Positions 1 through 8,492 of a DNA stretch of 64,000 nucleotides are shown one piece after another. Below the pieces are notes generated by a model, which saw only the letters and a program-made list of their open reading frames with translations, was not told the DNA's origin and did no database searches. The stretch spans positions 357 through 64,356 of the forward strand of contig DATARC010000170.1 in assembly GCA_036264335.1 (NCBI GenBank), written 5' to 3'. Numbering within the stretch: position 1 is the stretch's first letter; every line of letters begins with the position of its first letter. This DNA comes from Candidatus Dormiibacterota bacterium. GTDB taxonomy: Bacteria; Chloroflexota; Dormibacteria; Dormibacterales; Dormibacteraceae. The position numbers and the translations under genes are program-made.

Positions 1-23
1 GCTACCGGGCGGGTGGGCGTGTC

Positions 24-878
24 GTGCGGGCTTGGTCGCCGGCGTTCCGGCACGCCGTCGCCGAGCCTGGCGGGACCGCGTGGTACTGGCTCAACTGGCG
101 CCAGCGCCGCGCGGCGCTCGAAAACTATGCCGCGGCGCTCGGCCTTGAGCCGGCTGATCCCGAGGTCGCGCGCGTGGCACGGCGAGCGTTTCAGAACTAC
201 GGGCGGATGCTCCTCGATTTCCTGCTGATGGGCAGCCTTACGAAGGAAGAGCTCATCCAGCGCACCGACGTAAACGGGCTAGAGCACCTGGATGAAGCAC
301 TCGCGCGCGGGCGCGGCGTGCTGATGGCCCTACCGCACATGGGCTCATGGGACAACACAGGGTCATATGGCGGGGCGCTCGGCTATCCCATCATGGCGGT
401 GACCGCCCGGTTCCCGGGATCGCTCAACGATGCGGTCGTGGAGACGCGGCAGCGCTATGGACTCGCGGTGTTGCAGGTCGGCCGGCCCGCGGTCCGCGAG
501 ATCATCAAGGCCCTCAATGCCAACGGCATGGTCGGGCTGGTGTGCGATCAAGAGGAATGTCCCGGCGTCGAGGTTTCTTTCTTTGGAAGGACCGCCATTG
601 TTCCGAGCGGGCCTGCCGCCCTGGCGATCAAGACCGGCGCGGCGTTGATCCCTGCATACCAGTACATGACCGAATCCGGGCGTCACCACATCCACCTCGA
701 GGCTGCGCTCACCGATATCGATGGCGAGACGAAAGAGGATCTAATGCAGCGCATCGTGCGTCGCTTCGAGGCCTTTATTCGAGAGCGCCCAGACCAGTGG
801 TTCGCTTTCAGGCCGATGTTCAAGCCGGTGGCCGCGCCGACTCCCGGGCGCCGCGCCAGCGCGCTCAAGCCAGGGTGA
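24..878 (+). CDS. LpxL/HtrB-family lipid acyltransferase (PatA-like, PIM acyltransferase family); the 5' end may lie upstream of the window
   Basis: ORF 24..878. HX4D acyltransferase motif in PHMGSWD. The frame is open back to nt 3. Clustered with GT4 and CDP-alcohol phosphatidyltransferase genes. Confidence 0.75.
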   Translation: MRAWSPAFRHAVAEPGGTAWYWLNWRQRRAALENYAAALGLEPADPEVARVARRAFQNYGRMLLDFLLMGSLTKEELIQRTDVNGLEHLDEALARGRGVLMALPHMGSWDNTGSYGGALGYPIMAVTARFPGSLNDAVVETRQRYGLAVLQVGRPAVREIIKALNANGMVGLVCDQEECPGVEVSFFGRTAIVPSGPAALAIKTGAALIPAYQYMTESGRHHIHLEAALTDIDGETKEDLMQRIVRRFEAFIRERPDQWFAFRPMFKPVAAPTPGRRASALKPG

Positions 879-910
879 GCCGGTGCTTTCAACAACGGTG
901 CCCGGCCTGA

Positions 911-1777
911 ATGTGGCGTTACCGGGCCTTCAAGGCTGTGCAGTCGATAGTGGAGCGGCTGCCACGACCGTGGGCCTACGCCCTCGCAGTGTTCGCGGCC
1001 CGATTCGCATTCTGGTTCTCACCGCTGGCGCGGCCCCGCCTCCAGTTCAACCTTCGCGTCGCCTGCCCGGAGGCGACCGATCGCGAGCTCAGACAAACCA
1101 CCTGGCTCAACTTTCGCAACCATGCGAAGGCATATGCCGACCTGATGATGCTGCCGCGGACGCGCGTCTCAGATCTGCGGCCGTTGCTGCAGGTGAAGGG
1201 CATGGAGAACCTCGAGGCGGCACGCGCCCTGGGCAAGGGCGTGATGGCCGTCTCGTGTCACATGGGCTCGTACGAGGTTGTTTCGGCGATCTGGGCGGCC
1301 ACCCTCTCGCCGGTCAGCTTCTTCGCCGAGGAGCTGGAGCCGAGAGCGCTTTTCGAGTGGTATCGCGACACGCGAGCACGGCTTGGGATCAGCGTCTTGT
1401 CCCTGACCGTGGCGGGCATCCGAAAGGTCACCCAGGCGTTACACGAGAAAGAGATGGTGATCACCGCGATCGACAGGGACATCGTCGGCAGCGGCCACAT
1501 GATGCCGTTCTTCGGCCGGCCGGCGCCGATACCCCTGGGCACCGCGTCGATCGCGCTGAGGTTCGGGACGCCGCTCCTTCCCGTCTGCGTTTACCGGTTG
1601 CCGGACGACACCTTCATGGCGGAGGCCGCTCCGCACATCATTGCCGAGAGCACCGGCGACCGGAAGGCGGACGAGATACGGACCACCCAGCAGCTGCTGC
1701 AGCACATCGAAGGCTTCATCCGAAGACACCCCGAGCAGTGGCATGTTCCTCATCGCATCTGGGCGGGTTCCCCATGA
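911..1777 (+). CDS. Second LpxL/HtrB-family acyltransferase paralogue (HX4E variant)
   Basis: ORF 911..1777. Same fold signature as the upstream gene. The motif reads CHMGSYE (Glu in place of Asp). Confidence 0.75.
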   Translation: MWRYRAFKAVQSIVERLPRPWAYALAVFAARFAFWFSPLARPRLQFNLRVACPEATDRELRQTTWLNFRNHAKAYADLMMLPRTRVSDLRPLLQVKGMENLEAARALGKGVMAVSCHMGSYEVVSAIWAATLSPVSFFAEELEPRALFEWYRDTRARLGISVLSLTVAGIRKVTQALHEKEMVITAIDRDIVGSGHMMPFFGRPAPIPLGTASIALRFGTPLLPVCVYRLPDDTFMAEAAPHIIAESTGDRKADEIRTTQQLLQHIEGFIRRHPEQWHVPHRIWAGSP

Positions 1778-1866
1778 ACAGAAGCGCGGGGGGATCAGGA
1801 TCTCCCCACGGAACCCCCCTCTCCTTGCGACGCTGGGAGGCGCTTGGAAGTGGACGTCTTGGTGAC

Positions 1867-1986
1867 GGCCGGAATGAATCCGGCCTTAGTGCCAAGTTGG
1901 GTGCGCGATGAGAATTGGAAGCGCGGGGGGATCAGGCCGGAATGAATCCGGCCTTAGCGCCAAGTTGGGTGCGCGATGAGAATTGG
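1867..1986 (+). repeat. Direct duplication of a 52-nt segment (1867-1918 and 1935-1986, one mismatch), each copy containing a 7-bp-stem hairpin and the RBS/ATG region of the GT4 gene
   Basis: Read directly: ggccggaatgaatccggccttag[t/c]gccaagttgggtgcgcgatgagaattgg occurs twice. A 19-nt segment gaagcgcggggggatcagg also occurs twice (1781-1799 and 1918-1936). Confidence 0.9.
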
Positions 1987-3160
1987 GCTCGTATCGCCCT
2001 ACGACTTCGCCACGGCGGGCGGCGTCAACGACCATGTTCGTCACCTGGCGCGCCAGCTGCGCCGGCTCGGCCACGAGGCGCGCATCTTCGCGCCGTCCAG
2101 CCGCGCCGACGTCGATTTCGACACCGCGCGCTTCTATCGGATCGGCAGCCCGATCGCGATCCCGGTCAACGACTCGGTGGCTCGGATCACGCTCAGCTTC
2201 CACCTCGCTGACCAGGTCGCAGCGATCGTGGAAGAGGAGCATTTCGACGTCCTCCACTTTCACGAGCCGCTGATGCCGGCGCTGCCGATGACGATGCTCA
2301 AGATGTCGAGGACCACCAACGTCGGCACGTTCCACGCGTTTGCCAGGTCGAACATCGGCTACTACTACGGACGCCGCTGGCTGGAGCCCTATCTTGCTTA
2401 CCTGCACCGCGGCATCGCGGTCAGCGAGCCGGCCCGCGCCTTCCTGCATCAGTACTTTCCTGATTTTCCGGTGCGAATCATTCCCAACGGGATCGACTTG
2501 AATGCTTTCAAGCCGGGGCAGGCGCCGATCCGCCACCTTCGGGACGACCACGTCAACATCCTGTTCGTCGGCCGCCTCGAAAAACGCAAAGGCCTCGGCG
2601 ACTTGCTGCGCGCCTACGAGTTCATGCAGGCCCGCGTGCCGAAGAGCCGGCTGATCGTGGTCGGTGACGGTCCTCTGCGCGGTCAGGTCGAGTCCTACAT
2701 CTCGAGGCACCGCCTGCCCAACGTCGTCATGGCGGGATACGTTCCGGACTCAGTACTGCCGCGCTATTACTGCAGCGCGGACATCTTCTGCGCCCCGGCC
2801 ACCGGCGCCGAGAGCTTCGGCATCGTGCTCCTGGAGGCCCTGGCGTCGGGCCTGCCTGTCGTCGCGACCGAGGTGGAAGGTTATATGTCGGTTCTGGAGC
2901 CCGGTCGCGACAGCATGACGGTGCAGCCCAAGGGCTGGGCCGAGCTGGGTGCGGCGCTGATCATCCTCGCCCGCGACGCTGAGCTGCGGCGCCGGATGGG
3001 CGCCTACGGGCGCGAAAAGGCAAGTCGTTTTGGATGGGATGTCGTGGCGGCTCAGATTCTCGAGGTGTACGAGGAAGCGCGTGAAGCGCGTGCATCAGCC
3101 GCCGCCCAAGAGGCGCGGGGAGCGCAGCTCGAGGAGATAAATGTTCACGACGCGGTTTGA
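1976..3160 (+). CDS. GT4-family glycosyltransferase, PimA-like (phosphatidylinositol mannosyltransferase type)
   Basis: ORF 1976..3160. The N-terminus MRIGLVSPYDF..GGV..HV..L is typical of GT4/PimA. C-terminal E-x7-E region (ESFGIVLLEALASG). Context with acyltransferases and the PI-phosphate synthase-like gene. Confidence 0.8.
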   Translation: MRIGLVSPYDFATAGGVNDHVRHLARQLRRLGHEARIFAPSSRADVDFDTARFYRIGSPIAIPVNDSVARITLSFHLADQVAAIVEEEHFDVLHFHEPLMPALPMTMLKMSRTTNVGTFHAFARSNIGYYYGRRWLEPYLAYLHRGIAVSEPARAFLHQYFPDFPVRIIPNGIDLNAFKPGQAPIRHLRDDHVNILFVGRLEKRKGLGDLLRAYEFMQARVPKSRLIVVGDGPLRGQVESYISRHRLPNVVMAGYVPDSVLPRYYCSADIFCAPATGAESFGIVLLEALASGLPVVATEVEGYMSVLEPGRDSMTVQPKGWAELGAALIILARDAELRRRMGAYGREKASRFGWDVVAAQILEVYEEAREARASAAAQEARGAQLEEINVHDAV

Positions 3161-3797
3161 GGCATGGGTCCGCCGCCGGGCGGAGGCGTTGATGAAGGCC
3201 ATTGGCCGGATTCCGATCACCCCGAACCAGATCACGGTGATCGGGGTGGCGCTGACATTCGCCGCCGCCGTTCTCGTTGCGCTCGGCTTTCTGCGGTGGG
3301 CCGGGATCGTGCTGATCGTCGGTGGGACCTTCGACATCCTGGACGGCGCGCTCGCCCGGTCATCGGGACGTGCGTACCCGTATGGGGCCTTCCTGGACTC
3401 CACCCTGGATCGGTATTCGGAGGGCGCGATCTACATCGGCCTCGCCGTTTACTTCGCCGGGACTCCGGGTCCATACCAGCGCTGGCTGCTGCTGGGCACG
3501 GTGGCCGCGCTTGCGGGCTCGTTCCTCGTCAGCTACGTGCGCGCCCGTGCCCAGAGCCTCGGCTTTGTGTGCGAGTCGGGTGTTTTCGCCAGGCCGGAGA
3601 GGGTGGTGGTCACCGTGATCGGCCTGATCTTCGGCGGTGTGGTTCTCTATGGAGTGATCGCGTTGCTGGCCATCCTCACCAACTTCACAGCGCTGCAGCG
3701 GATCCGCGAGGTGTGGCTCCAGGGGCGCGCGCAGCGGCTGGCCATCGAGCGAGAGGCGGCCGCCGCTCCCAAGAGGGGCAATACAGTTACGCCGTGA
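3141..3797 (+). CDS. CDP-alcohol phosphatidyltransferase (phosphatidylinositol-phosphate synthase/PgsA-like)
   Basis: ORF 3141..3797. D-x2-DG-x2-AR...G-x3-D-x3-D motif (DILDGALAR...GAFLDSTLDR). Multiple TM helices. Confidence 0.85.
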   Translation: MFTTRFEAWVRRRAEALMKAIGRIPITPNQITVIGVALTFAAAVLVALGFLRWAGIVLIVGGTFDILDGALARSSGRAYPYGAFLDSTLDRYSEGAIYIGLAVYFAGTPGPYQRWLLLGTVAALAGSFLVSYVRARAQSLGFVCESGVFARPERVVVTVIGLIFGGVVLYGVIALLAILTNFTALQRIREVWLQGRAQRLAIEREAAAAPKRGNTVTP

Positions 3798-4750
3798 CCG
3801 CGGCTCCTCCGTTCGACGGCATGGTCGGCCACGCCCAGGCCCTGGACCAGCTTCGGTCGCAGCTCAGCTCGGGGCGCCTTGCGCACGCCTACCTGTTCGT
3901 TGGCGAGGCGGGCCTCGGCAAATCAACCGCCGCCCGGTTGCTCGCAGGGGCGCTTCTGCCTGAGGCGCCGCTGCAGCGGCACCCCGACTACTGGGAGGAC
4001 GACCGGATCAAGCCGCTGTCGATCAATGAGATCCGCCTGCTGCCCGACAAGGCGCCCGAGTTTCACGAGCTCTCACTCCAGGCCTTCCTCAACTTGAAAC
4101 CCGCGGTCGGCACGCGCAGGGTGGCGTTGGTCGCCAACGTCGGCCGGCTGCGAGACCAGGACCAAGGGGTCCTGCTCAAAACCCTGGAGGAGCCGCACCC
4201 CCACCGCGTCATCATCCTGACCAGCCCAAGCCTGAACCCGTTCGTGGTGCTGCCAACCGTGGTGTCCCGGTGCCAGAGGGTGTTCTTCCACCCTGTGCCG
4301 GCGGTTGAGATCGAGAATCTGCTGCGCCACCAGGGACTCGATGCCGAACGCGCTGAGGTGGTGGCAAACCTCGCACGCGGGCGACCCGGCTGGGCCCTGA
4401 AAGTCGCCGGCGACGATACGGTGATCCACCTCCACCGCGACTGGACCCGGCGGTTGGAGGAGGTATTCGGCGCCCCCGCGGACGTGCCGCTGCAGGTGGC
4501 GGCGGAGCTGGACGGAAGCCAGATGGCCTGGCGCCGCAGCGAGGGCGACCATGAGGACCCGGCCCTGTTCGCGATCGCCAGCTGGCAGATCGAGCTGCGG
4601 CGCAGGATGCTGGGGAGCCGAGGAGCCGAGCAGGGAAGGTGGGCGCGGTTGGTCGAGCTGTCGTACGACACCCTGGGCTACCTGGAGCAGAACGTCAGTC
4701 CTCGCCTCGCTATCGAAACTTTTCTTCTCGAATGCCGGAAGGCTTCCTGA
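3794..4750 (+). CDS. holB: DNA polymerase III delta' subunit
   Basis: C-terminal part of track ORF 3164..4750. AHAYLF.GEAGLGKST and LLKTLEEP motifs. GTG 3794 overlaps the upstream stop (GTGA); ATG 3821 is an alternative. The 3164-3793 extension overlaps the previous gene and was rejected. Confidence 0.8.
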   Translation: MTAAPPFDGMVGHAQALDQLRSQLSSGRLAHAYLFVGEAGLGKSTAARLLAGALLPEAPLQRHPDYWEDDRIKPLSINEIRLLPDKAPEFHELSLQAFLNLKPAVGTRRVALVANVGRLRDQDQGVLLKTLEEPHPHRVIILTSPSLNPFVVLPTVVSRCQRVFFHPVPAVEIENLLRHQGLDAERAEVVANLARGRPGWALKVAGDDTVIHLHRDWTRRLEEVFGAPADVPLQVAAELDGSQMAWRRSEGDHEDPALFAIASWQIELRRRMLGSRGAEQGRWARLVELSYDTLGYLEQNVSPRLAIETFLLECRKAS

Positions 4751-5787
4751 GGAAAGCCCTTCGGGGCTTCGAGCCATACGTGCCCGGCGAGCAGCCTCCT
4801 GACGAGGACGGCTGGGTCAAGCTCAACACCAACGAATCGCCGCTGCCGCCGTCGCCGAAAGTGATCGCGGCGATCAAAGCGGCAGCAGGAGATTCGCTGC
4901 GGCTTTATCCCAGCCCGACCGCTGCGCCGGCTCGTGCCGCCATCGCCGCGCATTTCGATCTCGACCCCTCCTACGTCGCGCTTGGCAACGGTGGTGACGA
5001 CCTCATCGAGATGTGCTTTCGCGCCTATGCGGGCAAGGGCGACCACGTCGCCTATCCGACCCCCACGTACCCGCTTTTCGAGCCGCTGTGCACGATCCAC
5101 GAAGCGGTCCCGTCGCCACATCCGTCCGGCGAGGGCTGGGCCTGGCCGGAGGAGCTGGCGGCGGATCACGCTCGTCTCAAGTTCATCGTCAACCCAAACT
5201 CGCCGACTGGCACGTGGTCACCGGAATCTGCGGTCGAGCAGGTCGTCGTCTCGGCGCGTGGTGTCGTGGTGCTCGACGAGGCCTATGTCGACTTCGCGCC
5301 GGAGTCCTGCATCCGCCTGCTGAAGAGATTTCGGAACCTGCTCATCCTGCGGACCTTCTCCAAGTCTTATGCGCTGGCCGGCATGCGAATCGGTTTCGCG
5401 CTCGGCGACCCCGACCTGATCGCAGCGCTCGACGCGGTCAAGGATTCGTACAACCTGGACCGGCTGGCCATCGTGGCCGCCGTCGCGGCCATCCAGGATG
5501 AGAGCCACCACCAGGCCATCGTCGACCACGTGGTCGCGGAGCGCGCCTGGCTGGCCGACCGGCTCACCGAATTGCGTTTCGATGTGGCGCCATCGGCCGC
5601 CAACTTCCTGTTCGCGCAGCCGCCCCAGGGCAGCGCTGCAGCCGCGGTCGCGGACGCTCTACGCGAGCGGCAGATCCTGGTCCGGCATTACGATCGTGAG
5701 CCGATCGCCGGCTGGTTTCGAATCACGATCGGTACACGTGATCAACACGAGCAGCTGCTCGGAGCCTTGAAGGAAATCCTCGATTGA
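4732..5787 (+). CDS. hisC: Histidinol-phosphate aminotransferase
   Basis: LNTNESP, NPNSPTG and FSKSYALAGMRIG (PLP lysine) motifs. ATG 4732 chosen inside track ORF 4639..5787. Confidence 0.85.
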   Translation: MPEGFLRKALRGFEPYVPGEQPPDEDGWVKLNTNESPLPPSPKVIAAIKAAAGDSLRLYPSPTAAPARAAIAAHFDLDPSYVALGNGGDDLIEMCFRAYAGKGDHVAYPTPTYPLFEPLCTIHEAVPSPHPSGEGWAWPEELAADHARLKFIVNPNSPTGTWSPESAVEQVVVSARGVVVLDEAYVDFAPESCIRLLKRFRNLLILRTFSKSYALAGMRIGFALGDPDLIAALDAVKDSYNLDRLAIVAAVAAIQDESHHQAIVDHVVAERAWLADRLTELRFDVAPSAANFLFAQPPQGSAAAAVADALRERQILVRHYDREPIAGWFRITIGTRDQHEQLLGALKEILD

Positions 5788-6149
5788 GCATGTTCGACCT
5801 GGTCTTGATCATCGGCGGTGGAATCGGCGTCGCCGGCGGCCTGTGGCCGCTTTTGACCGGGAGAAACTTTCCAGGCGTGCTTGGTCGTGGCTTCACGAAA
5901 GGAGACAACTTGAGGCTCAAGCGCGCGCCGGCGATCTACTTTCGCGCCATGGGCGCCACCATCGCCACTCTTGGCCTCCTCATCCTTGTCCTCGGTGCTG
6001 TCCTGTTGCTGTCGGCCTTCGCACCCGCCACCGATCCCACTTTTCTGGCGATCCTTGGAGGTGTGGCCGCAATCGGCCTGGCCGGATCGTTCGCCTGGCT
6101 GATGGTGCTCGCCTATCGGCACAAGCTGTTCCGCTGGAACGCCCCATGA
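5784..6149 (+). CDS. Small integral membrane protein, unknown function
   Basis: ORF 5784..6149. About 3-4 hydrophobic helices. ATGA overlaps at both ends. Confidence 0.55.
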   Translation: MSMFDLVLIIGGGIGVAGGLWPLLTGRNFPGVLGRGFTKGDNLRLKRAPAIYFRAMGATIATLGLLILVLGAVLLLSAFAPATDPTFLAILGGVAAIGLAGSFAWLMVLAYRHKLFRWNAP

Positions 6150-6712
6150 CGGCGCCGACGCGAGACGAGGCCTGGGAGCTGATGACGACGATCACGCCGT
6201 CGCTGACGCTGCGCCGCCACATGCGCAGCGTCGAGATGGCCATGCGCGCCTACGCACGCCGGTTTGGCGAGGACGAGGAGCGGTGGGCGGTGCTGGGCGT
6301 CATCCACGACTGGGATTACGAGTCCGGTCCGACGCTCGACCTCCATCCGATGCGGGGCATCGCCATGCTGCGGGAGAAGGGCTGGCCGGAAGACATCCTC
6401 GACGACATCGCTTCGCACGCGCTCTACCTGGACGTTCCGCGCGACACCCCGATCCGCAAGACGCTGCACGCGGTGGATGAGATGTCCGGGTTCATCATCG
6501 CCTGCGCCCTCGTCAAGCCCGACAAGTCGCTGAGCGCGGTCGAGCCCAGCGGCGTGCGCAAGAAGATGAAGGACAAGGCGTTCGCCCGCGCCGTCAACCG
6601 CGAGGAGCTCCTCCACGGCGCCGAGCTGCTGGGTATACCCTTCGACGAGCACGTGGAGATCGTCCGCGATGCCCTGAAGCCGATAGCCGAGGAGCTGGGA
6701 CTTAATCCATGA
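6146..6712 (+). CDS. HD-domain (HDIG-like) phosphohydrolase
   Basis: C-terminal part of ORF 5843..6712. LRRHM...VIHDWDYE has an H..HD signature. ATG 6146 overlaps the upstream stop (ATGA). Confidence 0.7.
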   Translation: MTAPTRDEAWELMTTITPSLTLRRHMRSVEMAMRAYARRFGEDEERWAVLGVIHDWDYESGPTLDLHPMRGIAMLREKGWPEDILDDIASHALYLDVPRDTPIRKTLHAVDEMSGFIIACALVKPDKSLSAVEPSGVRKKMKDKAFARAVNREELLHGAELLGIPFDEHVEIVRDALKPIAEELGLNP

Positions 6713-7692
6713 GCACTGGTGGCAAGCCGCGTGTCCTTCTCATGCATCCGATCCTCGACCCCGGCCCGGCCATCCTGGCCGAGGCGGCGGAGGTCATCCC
6801 ATACCCGCCGGGCCGTCCCCTCGACGAAGCGAGCATCCGGCAAGCAGCAGAGGGCTGCGTGGGAATCGTCAGCCAGCTCATGGACCCGATTCGCGAAACG
6901 GTGCTTTCGGCGCCAGGATTGAAGATCGTCAGCAACGTCGCGGTCGGCTTCGACAACATCGATGTCCCCGCCGCCACGGCGCACAAGGTCATGGTGACCA
7001 ACACGCCAGGTGTTCTGGACGACGCGACCGCGGACTTCGCCTTCACCCTGCTGATGGCGACCGCGCGCAGGATTGTCGAGGCTGACAGCTTCACGCGTCA
7101 GGGGCGGTTCAAAGGCTGGGCGATCGACATGATGCTCGGTGCCGATGTGCACGGGGCGACGCTCGGTTTGGTCGGCATCGGTCGAATCGGCCGCGGAGTC
7201 GCGCACCGAGCCAAGGGCTTCAACATGCGAGTGCTTTATTACGATCCGAATCCCCTGCCTCCGGACGCCGAACAGCAGCTGGGCGCCGCGCGCGTCGACC
7301 TCGGTCGGCTGCTGGCTGAATCCGACTTCGTGTCGGTGCATGTGCCGCTCACTCAAGAGACCCATCACATGCTCAGCACCGCGCAGTTCGAGCTGATGAA
7401 GAGGTCGGCGATCCTCATCAACACATCGCGCGGGCCTGTGGTGGATGAGGCGGCTCTCGTCCAGGCGCTGACCGCGAAGAAGCTCGCGGGCGCCGGCCTG
7501 GACGTTTACGAGCGGGAGCCGGCGGTCCACCCTGGGCTTCTCGCGATGCCTAATGTCGTGCTCGCCCCGCACATAGCGAGCGCCACCGTCCGCACGCGAT
7601 CCGAGATGTCGGCGATGGCGGCCAGAAACATGGCCACCGCGGTTCGGGGCGGGCGGCCGCCCAACCTGCTCAACCCAGAGGTCAAGAAGTAG
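6709..7692 (+). CDS. D-isomer-specific 2-hydroxyacid dehydrogenase (glyoxylate/hydroxypyruvate reductase type)
   Basis: GLVGIGRIGRGVA NAD-binding motif. INTSRG..VDE and APHIAS catalytic region. Confidence 0.85.
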   Translation: MSTGGKPRVLLMHPILDPGPAILAEAAEVIPYPPGRPLDEASIRQAAEGCVGIVSQLMDPIRETVLSAPGLKIVSNVAVGFDNIDVPAATAHKVMVTNTPGVLDDATADFAFTLLMATARRIVEADSFTRQGRFKGWAIDMMLGADVHGATLGLVGIGRIGRGVAHRAKGFNMRVLYYDPNPLPPDAEQQLGAARVDLGRLLAESDFVSVHVPLTQETHHMLSTAQFELMKRSAILINTSRGPVVDEAALVQALTAKKLAGAGLDVYEREPAVHPGLLAMPNVVLAPHIASATVRTRSEMSAMAARNMATAVRGGRPPNLLNPEVKK

Positions 7693-7715
7693 CGGCCCCG
7701 ACGCAGTACAGACTC

Positions 7716-8492
7716 CTGGCCCTCGACCTCGACGGGACGATCCTGAGCGCCACGTTGCAGCTGGATCCCCGCGACGTCGAGGCGGTGGGACGCATGGTGC
7801 GCGCCGGGATAACCGTCGTCGCTTCCACCGGCCGCCCTTTTCCGGGTGCGTTGCCATGGGTCCAGCGCCTTGGGCTGGATACCCCGATCATTTGCTACCA
7901 GGGCGCGCAGATCAGGGACCAGACCGGCGAGATGTTGCTCGACCACGGCATCGAGCACGGACTCGCGATGGAGGTGATCCGCTTCGCGCGCGACCGCGAC
8001 GTTCACGTCCAGGCCTACTCGAACGACGACCTGCTGGTCGAGCGGGACCGGCCCGAAGCGCACCAGTACGCCGACCACGCCGGCATGCCGATTCACGTGG
8101 TCGGTGACCTCGACAAAGCCATGGGTCCGACCACCCCGAAGCTGGTGATGGTCGCGAAAAGCGAAGTGCTCGAGTCACTGCTTCCCGAAGTGCGAAGCCG
8201 TTGGCGGGGAAGGCTAAATGCCGCGACGTCGATGCCGACCTATCTCGAGTTCACGAGCATCGAGAGCGACAAGGCGCAGGCACTCGCCTTCCTTTGCGAC
8301 CACCTCGGGATCCTCCAGGCGCAGACGGTCGCGGTCGGAGACGGCCGGAACGACGTTTCGATGATCGCCTGGGCTGGGCTTGGGGTGGCGGTGGCGGGAG
8401 CCGAGCCCGAGGTCATCGCCGCCGCCGACCGGACGGTGCCCGGACCCGGCCAGGGTGGAATCCAGCAGCTGGCCGATGTGTTGATCAAGTGA
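7716..8492 (+). CDS. Cof-type HAD-IIB phosphatase (start codon uncertain, tentatively CTG 7716)
   Basis: Motif I LDLDGT is encoded at 7722-7739, in frame but upstream of the first ATG/GTG/TTG (TTG 7755). Motif IV is GDGRND. Confidence 0.75.
   Translation: MALDLDGTILSATLQLDPRDVEAVGRMVRAGITVVASTGRPFPGALPWVQRLGLDTPIICYQGAQIRDQTGEMLLDHGIEHGLAMEVIRFARDRDVHVQAYSNDDLLVERDRPEAHQYADHAGMPIHVVGDLDKAMGPTTPKLVMVAKSEVLESLLPEVRSRWRGRLNAATSMPTYLEFTSIESDKAQALAFLCDHLGILQAQTVAVGDGRNDVSMIAWAGLGVAVAGAEPEVIAAADRTVPGPGQGGIQQLADVLIK

Noticed and set aside
3164-3793. N-terminal 210 codons of track ORF 3164..4750, which would make a 528-aa HolB.
   Set aside because: This part overlaps the CDP-alcohol phosphatidyltransferase gene in another frame and is Arg/Gly-rich nonsense. 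The HolB homology begins at about 3800, where GTG 3794 or ATG 3821 are available.
6424-7857. Long antisense ORFs opposite well-supported genes. Examples: 6424..7857 (-), 14838..16019 (-), 17368..18537 (-), 25290..26444 (-), 26771..28156 (+), 36426..37376 (-), 47288..48598 (-), 48462..49733 (+) and 40650..41498 (-).
   Set aside because: Their translations are Arg/Gly/Pro/His-rich with no recognisable motifs. They lie opposite genes with clear family signatures. Open antisense frames like these are expected in high-GC DNA.
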